Assembly (NCBI GenBank): GCA_026129095.1
Contig: JAHCIT010000003.1
Coordinates: 248,001 to 312,000, forward strand
DNA: 64,000 nucleotides
From: Deltaproteobacteria bacterium
GTDB taxonomy: Bacteria > JAGRBM01 > JAHCIT01
Reading direction: 5' to 3'
Part shown: one piece after another, positions 1-10,736 of the stretch
How the letters are laid out: the number at the start of each line of letters is the position of its first letter
How positions within the stretch are numbered: the stretch's first letter is position 1
Notes under the pieces: generated by a model
Told to the model about the DNA's origin: nothing
Database searches by the model: none
Seen by the model: the letters and a program-made list of their open reading frames with translations, nothing else
Position numbers and translations under genes: made by a program

Positions 1-1498
1 CCTTCGCCGAGCGGGATATCTGGTCCACAGCATTGGCCACCTCATCGGAAACACTGCTCTGTTGCCGTGCGGCATCTGCCATGGCGTTAATCATTTCTGA
101 CACGTTCGTATTGGCACCGATGATTTCATGGAGCACCGCTTCCGTGCGCCCGGCCATCTCGGTTCCCTTGGTGACTTCCTTGGTAGCTTCCTGCATCACT
201 GTCACGGCCCGGTCCGTATCCCGAAGTATCTCCTCGATGATGGCAGTAATCTGTGCCGTCGAATCGGTGGATTTTTCCGCAAGTTTTCGTACTTCGCTGG
301 CGACCACTTCGAAGCCGCGCCCATGCTCGCCGGCGCGGGCGGCTTCGATGGCGGCATTCAGGGCCAGAAGGTTGGTCTGCGAGGATATTTCCTTGATGAC
401 ATCGATGATCTGACCGATCTGCTGCGACCGCTCGCCCAGCGCACGGATGCTTTCGGCCGAACTGGTAACAATCTGTTCGACACGGGTGATGCCCTGGCGT
501 GTTTCCTGAACCGCCTGGCCTCCACGGGAAGCGGAGCTGGAAGCCTTGGCACTGACTTCCTGCGAGCGGCTGGCATTCTCCGAGACAAGCTGGACCGAGG
601 AGGCCATTTCCTCGATGGCGACGGCCATCTCCTTGGTCTTGAGGAACTGGTTCTCCGATGCCTGGGCCACGGCCCGCATGCCGACCAGGAACTGGTTCGC
701 GGCCTGCGCCAGTTCATCGGTCTTGCGGTTCAGCCCGGAAAACACGTTCTTCAGGTTGACCGACATCTTGTCGAATGAATCGGTCAGTTCCCGGAGTTCC
801 TGTATTTCCAGTGCCGAATTGTACTGGACTTTCTGGCGCAGATCACCATTCGATATGTTGTTGGCAGCCTGGGAAAGCTCCCGGATCGGCTGGGCAATCA
901 GGGCCTGAAGCCCCATGATTACCAGAACAACCAGAACGACTCCTGCGAATGCCATGCCCAGAAACACCTTGTTCATGGCACCGGATACCTGCTCTTCGAC
1001 GATCTCCGCCGGCATGCCAAGCATCACAACACCGGTCGCGCTCTGGAGCACCTGGTCCATGATTGGCGCGGTCACGACGTTGAATACGCCCTGCCCCTGC
1101 ACCGGAATGGTGAACTTCTCCGGTTTTTCGATCCGTTCACCAAGTCTTGCGGTCTGTGCGAAATCATCTGCATGCGTGACAAGCTCGCCACCGCGGTAAA
1201 GCACCTTTCCCTGTATGTCGGCGACCAGCCAGATCTTGACCTCGCTGTGCTCTGCCACGATAGGCGGCAGTATCTGGTCGATCTGCTGGAGATCACCCAG
1301 CGTCAGGAGCCCCAGTTTCAGCAAACCTTCGACATTCAGCTTGGCATTGGTCACGAGAACCTGAATCTTCTCGAAATAACGGTCTTCAAGCGTTTGAGTC
1401 ACCGAATTGCGGACAACGAGAAAGCCCACCAGCGACATGAACATGATGACGATGGGCGGTCCGATCAGTACATATCCGATTCGAAAAGAGCGTTTCAC
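1..1498 (-). CDS. mcp: Methyl-accepting chemotaxis protein (TM-sensor-TM-HAMP-signalling domain), 3' end truncated by the window edge
   Basis: Absent from the ORF track because it has no stop in the window. Manual translation from GTG at 1498 gives TM1 ([23 protein letters not shown]), TM2 ([20 protein letters not shown]), a HAMP segment ([18 protein letters not shown]) and the MCP hairpin [37 protein letters not shown], all in one frame. Confidence 0.95.
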   Translation of the reverse strand, partial: MKRSFRIGYVLIGPPIVIMFMSLVGFLVVRNSVTQTLEDRYFEKIQVLVTNAKLNVEGLLKLGLLTLGDLQQIDQILPPIVAEHSEVKIWLVADIQGKVLYRGGELVTHADDFAQTARLGERIEKPEKFTIPVQGQGVFNVVTAPIMDQVLQSATGVVMLGMPAEIVEEQVSGAMNKVFLGMAFAGVVLVVLVIMGLQALIAQPIRELSQAANNISNGDLRQKVQYNSALEIQELRELTDSFDKMSVNLKNVFSGLNRKTDELAQAANQFLVGMRAVAQASENQFLKTKEMAVAIEEMASSVQLVSENASRSQEVSAKASSSASRGGQAVQETRQGITRVEQIVTSSAESIRALGERSQQIGQIIDVIKEISSQTNLLALNAAIEAARAGEHGRGFEVVASEVRKLAEKSTDSTAQITAIIEEILRDTDRAVTVMQEATKEVTKGTEMAGRTEAVLHEIIGANTNVSEMINAMADAARQQSSVSDEVANAVDQISRSAK

Positions 1499-1502
1499 GT
1501 CT

Positions 1503-2288
1503 TCACACCACCCGTTTGAACGATTTCACAAGTTTGCCCTCATCAAGCACCCTGACTTCCCGGTCGGCAAGTTCGAGTTGCAGTTCCCTGCCGGCATAGG
1601 TCTTGCCAACGAAAAAGGAACGATCCTCGGCCGTAATCCTGCCGTTGTCCGTTACCGTGGCTTTCAGGTTCCGGGCCGGACCTGCCGGACGCGGCGCCGG
1701 CGTCCTGGGTGCAACAGCCGGCTTTGCAGGCGAAGTGGCAACTGCAGATGCCCCCGACGGAGATGCAGATGGAGCAGCCTTTGCTGGCACCTCGGCGCTC
1801 GATTCACTCAGAACATCTTTCTCTTGCGGCGAGAATATCCGGTCCAGGTTCAGGATTGTGATCAGGCGACTGGCGATCTCGCAGACGCCTTCAAGAAAAT
1901 CGGCCTCCAGCCCCGCGACAAGCGCCGGAGGCGGCTCAATATGGTCTGCATTGATCTTGATAACCTCGAACACCATATCGACTTCGATGCCAACGAAGAA
2001 ATCATCCATTTCGAGAACGATCAGCCGGGTGTCGTCGGTCCGGCCCTGGACCGGCAGATCGAACCGCTTGCGGAGATCGACAACCGGAATGATATCGCCT
2101 CGAAGACTGATAATGCCCTCGACAAATTGCGGCGTCTTGGGCAGCGGTGCCACTTCGTACTTGGCTATGATTTCCTTCACCCGGAGCACCGGGACGGCGA
2201 ATTTTTCCTTGCCGAGGGCGAACGTCACGAACTTGACGATATTTTCGACCGCCTTCTCGCTCTCCCGTTCCTGCCTGATAAAACCCAT
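1503..2288 (-). CDS. cheW: Chemotaxis coupling protein CheW with a Pro/Ala linker and an extra C-terminal domain
   Basis: [21 protein letters not shown]...[28 protein letters not shown] is a typical CheW signature; the gene lies between cheA and mcp. Confidence 0.95.
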   Translation of the reverse strand: MGFIRQERESEKAVENIVKFVTFALGKEKFAVPVLRVKEIIAKYEVAPLPKTPQFVEGIISLRGDIIPVVDLRKRFDLPVQGRTDDTRLIVLEMDDFFVGIEVDMVFEVIKINADHIEPPPALVAGLEADFLEGVCEIASRLITILNLDRIFSPQEKDVLSESSAEVPAKAAPSASPSGASAVATSPAKPAVAPRTPAPRPAGPARNLKATVTDNGRITAEDRSFFVGKTYAGRELQLELADREVRVLDEGKLVKSFKRVV

Positions 2289-2299
2289 ATCCCTGACGG

Positions 2300-4072
2300 C
2301 TACCTCGCCCCTGCACCCTGTTCTTCGGCTGCGTGTCCCCCGACATCACTGGACCGGACCAGCAGCGGGACATCGATAATCAGTACCACTTCACCGGTCC
2401 CCAGAATGCTCGCGCCCGCGATACCGGCGGCGGGCTGCTCCAGGCTTCCGATGTATGGTCCGAGGGGCTTGAGCACAGTCTCTTCCTTGCCAAGAAGCTC
2501 CGAGACAATGACACCAACCCGCCGGTTGTAAACCCGGAGGATAATGACGTTCAGGATATCGGGCAATTCGGCCAGTGCCTTTTGGCCGAACAGTTCCCCC
2601 AGGGTCGTGATGGATACGGCGTGATGGCGCAGCATCATCACCTGCTGGCCCTTGACCCGTTCCAGTTCCGACTTCCGGACCCGGACCGTCTCGTCCACGT
2701 AGTTGAGGGGTATCCCAAATGTCTGTTTCCCGTATTTCACCAGGAATATCTGCAGGATAGCCAGGGTAAGCGGAAGCTTCAGCCGGAATAACGTACCCTC
2801 GCCGGGCGTCGACAGCACCTCCACGTTTCCGCCAAGATGCTCGACTTTTGATTTCACCACATCCAGGCCCACACCGCGGCCCTGAAGATCGTCTACCTTT
2901 CCTGCTGTCGAAAAGCCGGGCAGGAAGATCAGTTCGGCCAGTTCTGCCGGCTCCATTCCCCGAAGCTCATCCCGGCTCATCAGTCCGCGCTCCACCGCTT
3001 TTTCGGAGATGCGGGAGTAGTTGAGCCCTACGCCATCATCGATTACCTCGACAAAAACACTATTCTGGGCGTGATACGCCTTGAGCAGAACAGTCGCCCG
3101 GGGCTTTTTCCCGGCCTGAACGCGGTTCTCCGGAAATTCGATCCCGTGCCCGATGGCGTTACGGACCAGATGCAGCAGGGGATCGTGGATCTCCTCGACT
3201 ATTGTCTTGTCGAGTTCCGTGTCCTCGCCCTCCATGGCCAGTTGCACATCCTTGCCGATCTGCCGGGCAGTATCCCGGACAGGCCGGTAGAACCGGTTGA
3301 ACAGCTGGCTGATCGGCACCATCCGGATCGACAGGACCGCACTCTGCAGTTCGGTGGCGATGCTGGAAATGAATGACGAGACTTCCTCGAAACTCTTGAG
3401 CGGGATTTCCCGCCGGAGCTGAAGGAGACGGGACCGACCGGCAACCAGCTCCCCCACCAGATTGACCAGTTGATCAAGCCGGTCGGCGCTCACCCGCATG
3501 AAATGGCGGCTGGCATCCGCTTCATCGGCTGCGGCAGGTGCGGTGGCCTTCCCGCCGGAAAGAGCCTCCAGCCTTGGGGCTGGGGCATCCGCCGGTTTTT
3601 CGCTTTCCTCATGATGATCGAGGATATCAGGATTCCACGACTCATCAGCTTCTTTCAGGCCGGTAGCCAGGACCGGTTCGTGTTTTTCGATCCGGTGGAG
3701 ACGGTCGATAATGTCGCTCACGTCAACCGATGCCAGGTTGTCGGCAAGAAACTCCTTCAGGACGCCACGAGCCGCATCGACGCCTTCTAGAAGCGCGTCG
3801 TTGATATCGGGCGAAAACACCATCTTCTCGTCACGGAGTTGGCCGAGTATCGACTCCATCGCATGGGAAAGCTCTCCCAGCGGTACCAATCCGATAAACC
3901 CCGCATTACCCTTGATGGTATGTGCAACCCGGAAAATCTTCTTGATCAGGTCATGATTGCCGGGTTCGTTCTCCAGGCGGACCAGATGCTGCTGGAAACT
4001 GTCGAGAAGGTCTCTCGTTTCATCGAGAAACTCCCCGTACAGTTCCTGCAAGTTCTCATCACGGTCGCTCAT
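2300..4072 (-). CDS. cheA: Chemotaxis histidine kinase CheA (Hpt, dimerisation, HATPase and CheW domains; no evident P2 or REC domain)
   Basis: IFRVAHTIKG (Hpt His), LDQLVNLVGELV, HLVRNAIGHGIE, DDGVG, GFST, GRGVGLDVV, LPLTLAI. Confidence 0.97.
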   Translation of the reverse strand: MSDRDENLQELYGEFLDETRDLLDSFQQHLVRLENEPGNHDLIKKIFRVAHTIKGNAGFIGLVPLGELSHAMESILGQLRDEKMVFSPDINDALLEGVDAARGVLKEFLADNLASVDVSDIIDRLHRIEKHEPVLATGLKEADESWNPDILDHHEESEKPADAPAPRLEALSGGKATAPAAADEADASRHFMRVSADRLDQLVNLVGELVAGRSRLLQLRREIPLKSFEEVSSFISSIATELQSAVLSIRMVPISQLFNRFYRPVRDTARQIGKDVQLAMEGEDTELDKTIVEEIHDPLLHLVRNAIGHGIEFPENRVQAGKKPRATVLLKAYHAQNSVFVEVIDDGVGLNYSRISEKAVERGLMSRDELRGMEPAELAELIFLPGFSTAGKVDDLQGRGVGLDVVKSKVEHLGGNVEVLSTPGEGTLFRLKLPLTLAILQIFLVKYGKQTFGIPLNYVDETVRVRKSELERVKGQQVMMLRHHAVSITTLGELFGQKALAELPDILNVIILRVYNRRVGVIVSELLGKEETVLKPLGPYIGSLEQPAAGIAGASILGTGEVVLIIDVPLLVRSSDVGGHAAEEQGAGAR

Positions 4073-4119
4073 CAGAAATCAGTTCCGGCCTTTCCGGGCC
4101 ACTTGCCAGCAGGTGAACA

Positions 4120-4488
4120 TCACGCTTTCCCGGCCAGTTTCTCCACCACTTCCAGAAGCTGCTCAGGCTTGAACGGCTTGGCCACGAAGCTGTCGGCGCC
4201 CAGTTCGAGACCCCGTTTCTGGTCGTCCGGCCGGGTTTCGCTGGTCAGCAGGATTATCGGCGTTTTCCTGTCGGGATACTGTGACCGTATCTCGGCCAGC
4301 ACGTCCAGTCCATTCATGCGTGGCATCATAATATCCAGAACCACGCCGTCGTAGGTTTCGGATGCATAACGTGTCAGTGCATCCAGTCCATCGGCGCAGG
4401 TGTCCACCTCGTACCCCCGCGATCGCAGCGTATATGCGATAAACTTCTGCGTCGCACCCGAATCCTCGGCAACCAGTATTCGTTTCAC
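4120..4488 (-). CDS. cheY: Single-domain response regulator, CheY-like
   Basis: ILVAEDS, VVLDIMMPRMNG, LLTS, FVAKPF; 122 aa; inside the che operon. Confidence 0.88.
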   Translation of the reverse strand: MKRILVAEDSGATQKFIAYTLRSRGYEVDTCADGLDALTRYASETYDGVVLDIMMPRMNGLDVLAEIRSQYPDRKTPIILLTSETRPDDQKRGLELGADSFVAKPFKPEQLLEVVEKLAGKA

Positions 4489-4559
4489 TCTTCAGCCACC
4501 CCGCAAGGAAATGGCATACGGAATCCCGCCCCCGGACCATCCGGGAGCCCCTGAACCTG

Positions 4560-5408
4560 TCAGGCTCCGGCCGGCTTCCAGTATACCATTCCTCCTTCCA
4601 TGAATTTCATCCGAAATGGGACCTGAACCACATCTATCGTTTCCGCATTACCGAGCAGCAGGTAGCCGCCCGGCTTCAGCTTCGCATACAGCAATCTGGC
4701 CACCTGGATCTTCGCCTTGGGCGAAAAATAGATGAACACGTTGCGGCACAGGATAATGTCCATCTGGGGGAGCCCCAGCGTTTGCCGGTCATCCACCAGA
4801 TTGATCCGCCGGAACCGGACGAGGTTCCGGATATCGTCCTTCACGATCCACTGGTCGCCGGACTGGTCGAAGAACCTGACGCGTGCTGCGGCAGACATTT
4901 CCCTCAGCTTGTTCTCCGCATAGCTAGCCTTGGCAGCCAGTTCGAGGGCACGGGTCGATATGTCCGTGGCGTAAATGTCTACACGGCGATTCCCGACCAG
5001 ATGACTCGCTTCCCGGGAGATCATTCCCAGCGTATAGGGCTCTTCCCCGGTGGCGCAGGCAGCACTCCAGAGCGACAGCGACTGGTCAGCTTCCTGTTTC
5101 TTTCGTTCCAGGACCTCCGGAAGCAGGTTGTTTTTCAGCGTCTCCAGTTGCCGGGGATTCCGGTAAAAGTAGGTTTCCTGGACCGTAATGGCGTTGACCA
5201 GTGCCTGGAATTCGGGGTCATCATGCGGGCCGTACTTGAGCCGGTAGTAATAGTCCCGCACGGTTCCCGCATTCACCGACCTGACCCGCTCCAGAACCCG
5301 GAATTCGAGATAGTCGATCCGGGTTTCGCGGATCGAGATTCCCGTCCGCTCCAGGATGAGGTCGCGGAAATCGGCGAAATCCGATTCGGTAAATAGCCTT
5401 TCGGACAC
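4560..5408 (-). CDS. cheR: Chemotaxis protein-glutamate methyltransferase CheR
   Basis: ITVQETYFYR, WSAACATGEEPYT, ATDIS, DIILCRNVFIYF, LKPGGYLLLG. The GTG start overlaps the TAG of the upstream gene. Confidence 0.96.
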   Translation of the reverse strand: MSERLFTESDFADFRDLILERTGISIRETRIDYLEFRVLERVRSVNAGTVRDYYYRLKYGPHDDPEFQALVNAITVQETYFYRNPRQLETLKNNLLPEVLERKKQEADQSLSLWSAACATGEEPYTLGMISREASHLVGNRRVDIYATDISTRALELAAKASYAENKLREMSAAARVRFFDQSGDQWIVKDDIRNLVRFRRINLVDDRQTLGLPQMDIILCRNVFIYFSPKAKIQVARLLYAKLKPGGYLLLGNAETIDVVQVPFRMKFMEGGMVYWKPAGA

Positions 5409-7441
5409 TACTGGCCCTCGATCGAACGGAAAAAGTCGGCTGCCGCATTCCGGACCCGGTCGTTTGGATCGGAAAGCAGCGGGCGAAGGTGCGGCAGCAT
5501 CCGGGCCGGTGACTCTGACGATCTCCGGGCGAGCGACCGGAAAGCGGCCACCCTGACCCGCCAGTCCTCATCCTTCAGCGCAACAATGATCAGCGCTTCG
5601 GCGCCCGGAACAACCGCCCGCGGTCCGAGAGATTCGATGAGCGCGAGCCGGACTTCCGGATCGCGGTCCTCAAGAACTTTTTCCAGTTCATGGATCCGGT
5701 CTTCAAGCGCGAGCCGTACCACCGCTTTCAGTGCGGCAATGCGGACCTGTGGCGCATCGTCGTACGTCCGTTCGCACAAGGGGGCCACTGCCCGCTGGTC
5801 ACCGATTTCGCCAAGTGCCTGGGCCGCTTCGTAACGAACCCACGGATCGGCGTCTTCGGTGAGCAGGTACTGGAGCGGTTCAACGGCCCGCTTGTCCCGA
5901 AGCCGTCCAAGAACCTGCGCGGATGCGCTCCGGACGGCCGGGTCCTGGTTGCCCAGCAGCAGCAGAGGCAGGGAGCCCACGTGCTGTTCGTTGATCTGGG
6001 CCAGGGCGAATACGGCGGCACGCTTCACCTCGTTTGCAGGGTCCACCAGCAGCTTCTTGAGCGGTTCGATGGCAACCGGATCCTTGAGCGCGCCCAGTGC
6101 CGCCGCCGCCTGCGTACGGACTTCCGCGGCCGGACTGGAAACCATTGCCAGCAGCCGTTCGAGCACCCGGTTTCCGAACCGGGCAAGGGCTGACTGCGCC
6201 GCCCCGCGGATACCCGCATCAGAATGCCCGAACAGGTTGAACAGTATGTCGATCGAGTCCGGGTCGGCGATCCGTCCAAGGGCATCGGTGGCTGCACGGG
6301 CGATCTCCGGATCGTCGGACTCCACAAGCGGCTCCAGCGCCCGTGCGGCATCCGGGGATCGGATTTGCGCCAGCGCATCAATGACGAGCATTCGTGAGGC
6401 CGTATCCACTTCATAAAGCAGTTCGACGAGCCCCCCGATGGCGGGGGCGCCAATTGCGGCCAGTGCGCTGGCCGCCTCGCGCTGCTCGTCGTCGTCGCAA
6501 CCGAGCGCCTCGCCCGCCTCACCCCGCCGGAGCACATCACAGAGGGGGCCGGTAAACTCGGGCGCCCGGAAATGGCCCACCAGAAAGACTGCGGCACGAC
6601 GGATATCCGGATCGGTCGCCTTGAGGGCAAGAGCCGACACCTTGAGCAGGTTCGAGCGTTCCTTCTCGCTGAAGGTATGCGTACCGGTCCGGCCGATGAT
6701 GCGGGCGACGGCCTTCAGAGCGATCTGGGCCAGTTCCTGATCTGAAACGATGAACTCGTAAAGCTGCGGCAAGACTTTCTCGGTGCCAATCTGGGAGAGT
6801 GCATCCAGCACCGCCGGCAACGCCCATATTTCGCCCTTCAGGAGCGAGACCACTTCTGCCTCGGCCTCATGCCCCCCGATCATCGCCAGTGCCTCAAGCG
6901 CGGCAGTCTGGACCCAGAGCGACCGGGACAGGAGCGGCTTGATCTTCGCCACCGTGCGCGTGTCTCTCAGTTTTCCGATCGCCAACAACACCTGGTAAAC
7001 GGTGTTTTCATCCGGGTGGTTGAGTCCCTCTTCCAGGGCCGGGATCGCCTCCGGAGAGCCGATATCGCCCAGCATTTCGGCTGCATAGCGAACCACCTGT
7101 GGAGCAGGATCTTTCAGCAGGGCCACCAGCGGCCTGATCGACGGGGTTCCAATCCCGCGGATGGCTTCCACTGCAGCCGCCCGGATACGGGCGTCGGAGT
7201 TGCGGAGCTTTTCCAGCAGGCCGGTCACGGCCTCCGCCGAGGGCATGGACAGAAGTGCCTGGACAGCCGCCTGCCGCACGAGCCACCCGGACGCATCAAA
7301 GGCGGCCAGCAGGTCTGGTGTCGCCTCCACGGCGCCCATCTCACCCAGCCCGATCGCCGCTTCCCGGCGATGCTCGATGTCGCCAGTCTTCAGCCGCTCA
7401 ATAAGGGCCCTGATCCGGACGGTTTTGCCGTCATCCGGCAT
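5408..7441 (-). CDS. HEAT/PBS-lyase repeat protein, first gene of the che operon
   Basis: Many ~31-aa repeats of the type L..LL.D.D..VR..AA.ALG.IG across 677 aa. Confidence 0.9.
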   Translation of the reverse strand: MPDDGKTVRIRALIERLKTGDIEHRREAAIGLGEMGAVEATPDLLAAFDASGWLVRQAAVQALLSMPSAEAVTGLLEKLRNSDARIRAAAVEAIRGIGTPSIRPLVALLKDPAPQVVRYAAEMLGDIGSPEAIPALEEGLNHPDENTVYQVLLAIGKLRDTRTVAKIKPLLSRSLWVQTAALEALAMIGGHEAEAEVVSLLKGEIWALPAVLDALSQIGTEKVLPQLYEFIVSDQELAQIALKAVARIIGRTGTHTFSEKERSNLLKVSALALKATDPDIRRAAVFLVGHFRAPEFTGPLCDVLRRGEAGEALGCDDDEQREAASALAAIGAPAIGGLVELLYEVDTASRMLVIDALAQIRSPDAARALEPLVESDDPEIARAATDALGRIADPDSIDILFNLFGHSDAGIRGAAQSALARFGNRVLERLLAMVSSPAAEVRTQAAAALGALKDPVAIEPLKKLLVDPANEVKRAAVFALAQINEQHVGSLPLLLLGNQDPAVRSASAQVLGRLRDKRAVEPLQYLLTEDADPWVRYEAAQALGEIGDQRAVAPLCERTYDDAPQVRIAALKAVVRLALEDRIHELEKVLEDRDPEVRLALIESLGPRAVVPGAEALIIVALKDEDWRVRVAAFRSLARRSSESPARMLPHLRPLLSDPNDRVRNAAADFFRSIEGQ

Positions 7442-7567
7442 GTTTTTCTCCTGAGAAAATAGGCAGATCGGGACAACGGGTTTTTACCACTGGTCCCGGC
7501 TCGCTTGCAACGCAGGCCGTGAGGTTGTACGCGTTGCGGGCCCGAAACGGCAGCCTAAAACCCTGAC

Positions 7568-8197
7568 GTGGAAAACTTCACATCAACACTGCTCTACCCG
7601 AAACTCCAGCCCCAGGAGTATCAGGCCCTTGCGGGCGGGCTGCTCGACGGCCGGACGATCATTTACCCGACCGAGACGGGCTATGCGATCGGCTGTGACG
7701 CCCTGAATGCCGAGGCGGTGGAGCGCCTCTTCCGGGTCAAGCAGCGCGGCCGGCAGAAGACCATGCTCATACTGGTCCAGGACCGCAGCCTTCTTGACGA
7801 TCTGGTCTCCGGCATTTCCGACATTCACCGCCGGGCCATGAACCGTTACTGGCCCGGACCACTGACCATCGTGTTCGATGCCCGGCCCGGCATTTTCCCG
7901 GAAAGCCTCGTTTCCGGGAAACCGTCCAGCGTGGCAATACGCATCTCCAGCCACCCCTTTACCGTACGCCTGCTGGACCAGTTCCGCCGCCCCATCGTCT
8001 GCACATCCGCCAACCTGTCCGGGGAGTCCAACCCGTCCAGTCTCGCCGATATTCCGGAGCCAATCCTGAAGGGCGCCGACTACGTGATAGATGCCGGCGA
8101 ACTGCCCCCGTCCCTTGGGGCCACCATTGTCCGGGTCGAAACCGGCCGCCTGCGTACCGTGCGGCAAGGCGACCTGTCCCTCGATATGGACTCCTGA
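7568..8197 (+). CDS. tsaC: Threonylcarbamoyl-AMP synthase (TsaC/YrdC/Sua5 family)
   Basis: IIYPTETGYAIGCDA, VKQRG..K, YWPGPLTIV, VAIRI, CTSANLSG. Confidence 0.93.
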   Translation: MENFTSTLLYPKLQPQEYQALAGGLLDGRTIIYPTETGYAIGCDALNAEAVERLFRVKQRGRQKTMLILVQDRSLLDDLVSGISDIHRRAMNRYWPGPLTIVFDARPGIFPESLVSGKPSSVAIRISSHPFTVRLLDQFRRPIVCTSANLSGESNPSSLADIPEPILKGADYVIDAGELPPSLGATIVRVETGRLRTVRQGDLSLDMDS

Positions 8198-8203
8198 AAC
8201 ACT

Positions 8204-9508
<1,305 letters not shown>

Positions 9509-9607
9509 CGCCGCCTTTCAGGGAGTTGCCTGGGCCCCCAATAGGCGCTATGTGGCTCCCGCGCTTTCTGGAACTCTGGCGGTTCCCGGCGCCGGATTTC
9601 TCCGTCC

Positions 9608-9684
9608 GACCCCATCGTCTAGCCAGGTCAGGACGCCAGGTTTTCATCCTGGTAACGCGGGTTCGAATCCCGCTGGGGTCGCCA
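9608..9684 (+). tRNA. tRNA-Glu(TTC)
   Basis: Acceptor stem GACCCCA/TGGGGTC, anticodon arm CCAGG-TTTTCAT-CCTGG, T arm GCGG-GTTCGAATC-CCGC, encoded 3' CCA. Confidence 0.97.
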
Positions 9685-9867
9685 AACTTTCAACGCATCC
9701 TTACTGTTTCTTGTCTCGCCCTTGTACGGCGACATGCAGGTCGGGCCGCCGCTACTTCACTGCCCCTTGCAACTATAATCAGAACTGATTTCTGTTTCTA
9801 ATAACCCTTTTCCGGCATTCCCAGAGGCCAGGTCCGTCCTGTGGCCACGCCTCACCTCAATCGAGGC

Positions 9868-9893
9868 GTGGTGAGCCGTGGTGAGCCGTGGTG
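9868..9893 (+). repeat. Three GTGGTG boxes with 4-nt spacers (10-bp period); a degenerate second array lies at 9970-9995
   Basis: GTGGTG-agcc-GTGGTG-agcc-GTGGTG read directly; second array GTGGCG-aagc-GTGGTG-cgcc-GTGGCG. Confidence 0.85.
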
Positions 9894-10245
9894 ATTATAA
9901 ATAGCTGTTTTAACTTGCTATTTTTGTGTGATCTCCATCACGTTCTACCGGCCTGACCCGTGTTGAGGTGTGGCGAAGCGTGGTGCGCCGTGGCGGCGGC
10001 CCGGTTCACCCGCCGGGTGCAACCCAAGGCAGCTGCCAGTTCTCTGGGACGCCAGTTTCCTGAAATAGAAGCAATTTGCTTAATGACCAAGACCCTTACG
10101 GCCGGGCAGGCCGCTCATTTGATGGAGCGCGATGCCCCCTGTCCGCCGCCCATTATACCATGTCACCCTGAACCGGCCGGGTGGCTCGCCAGTACGGCCG
10201 GGGCCATGTAGAGTCATGCCTCCATACACGACGGAGGACCCCAGA

Positions 10246-10734
10246 ATGACTTTCCATGACTTCAGCCTTCACATGCTGACGGGCAAGCCCCTCAGCCTTT
10301 CGCTCTACAGCGGCCATCCGGTTCTGGCAGTGAATGTGGCCAGCAAGTGCGGCCTGACTCCCCAGTACGCCCAGCTCCAGGCGATGCACGAGACGCTGGG
10401 GCCCAAGGGGCTCAGGATCGTCGGGTTCCCCTGCAATGATTTCGGCAAGCAGGAACCGGGAACGCCCGAGGAGATCGGACAGTTCTGCACGAAAAACTAC
10501 GGCGTCGAATTCGATATCACCGAAAAGATCCATGTCAATGGCCCGGAAACCCATCCGCTCTACAAGGACTTCCTGAAATCAAAGGAACACAACCGGTTCA
10601 ATCCGGGAGATGTGCAGTGGAACTTCCAGAAATATCTCATCTCGAAAGACGGGAAGGTCATCGGCGGCTGGAACCCGCAGGTGAAACCCAACGCGCCGGA
10701 AATCGTCGAGGCGATTGAGGCTGCGCTGAAGTAG
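10246..10734 (+). CDS. gpx: Glutathione peroxidase family protein (Cys type)
   Basis: VNVASKCGLTPQY, GFPCNDFGKQEPG, WNFQKYLI. ATG at 10246 follows GGAGG; the ORF-track start at 10132 is probably too long. Confidence 0.93.
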   Translation: MTFHDFSLHMLTGKPLSLSLYSGHPVLAVNVASKCGLTPQYAQLQAMHETLGPKGLRIVGFPCNDFGKQEPGTPEEIGQFCTKNYGVEFDITEKIHVNGPETHPLYKDFLKSKEHNRFNPGDVQWNFQKYLISKDGKVIGGWNPQVKPNAPEIVEAIEAALK

Positions 10735-10736
10735 CC

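Noticed and set aside
1-7441. Chemosensory operon lacking cheB
   Set aside because: The operon runs off the window edge inside the MCP gene, so cheB may lie downstream.
7507-7537. GCAACGC-N17-GCGTTGC inverted repeat in the divergent che/tsaC intergenic region
   Set aside because: Only 7 bp per arm in GC-rich DNA; too weak without conservation data.
9867-9995. CRISPR array
   Set aside because: The units are 10-bp tandem repeats with no unique spacers, and no cas genes are present.
9960-10211. 83-aa ORF downstream of tRNA-Glu
   Set aside because: No RBS or recognisable motif, and it overlaps the repeat array; not supported as a gene.
10348-10350. Selenocysteine in the glutathione peroxidase
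   Set aside because: The active-site codon is TGC (Cys), not TGA.
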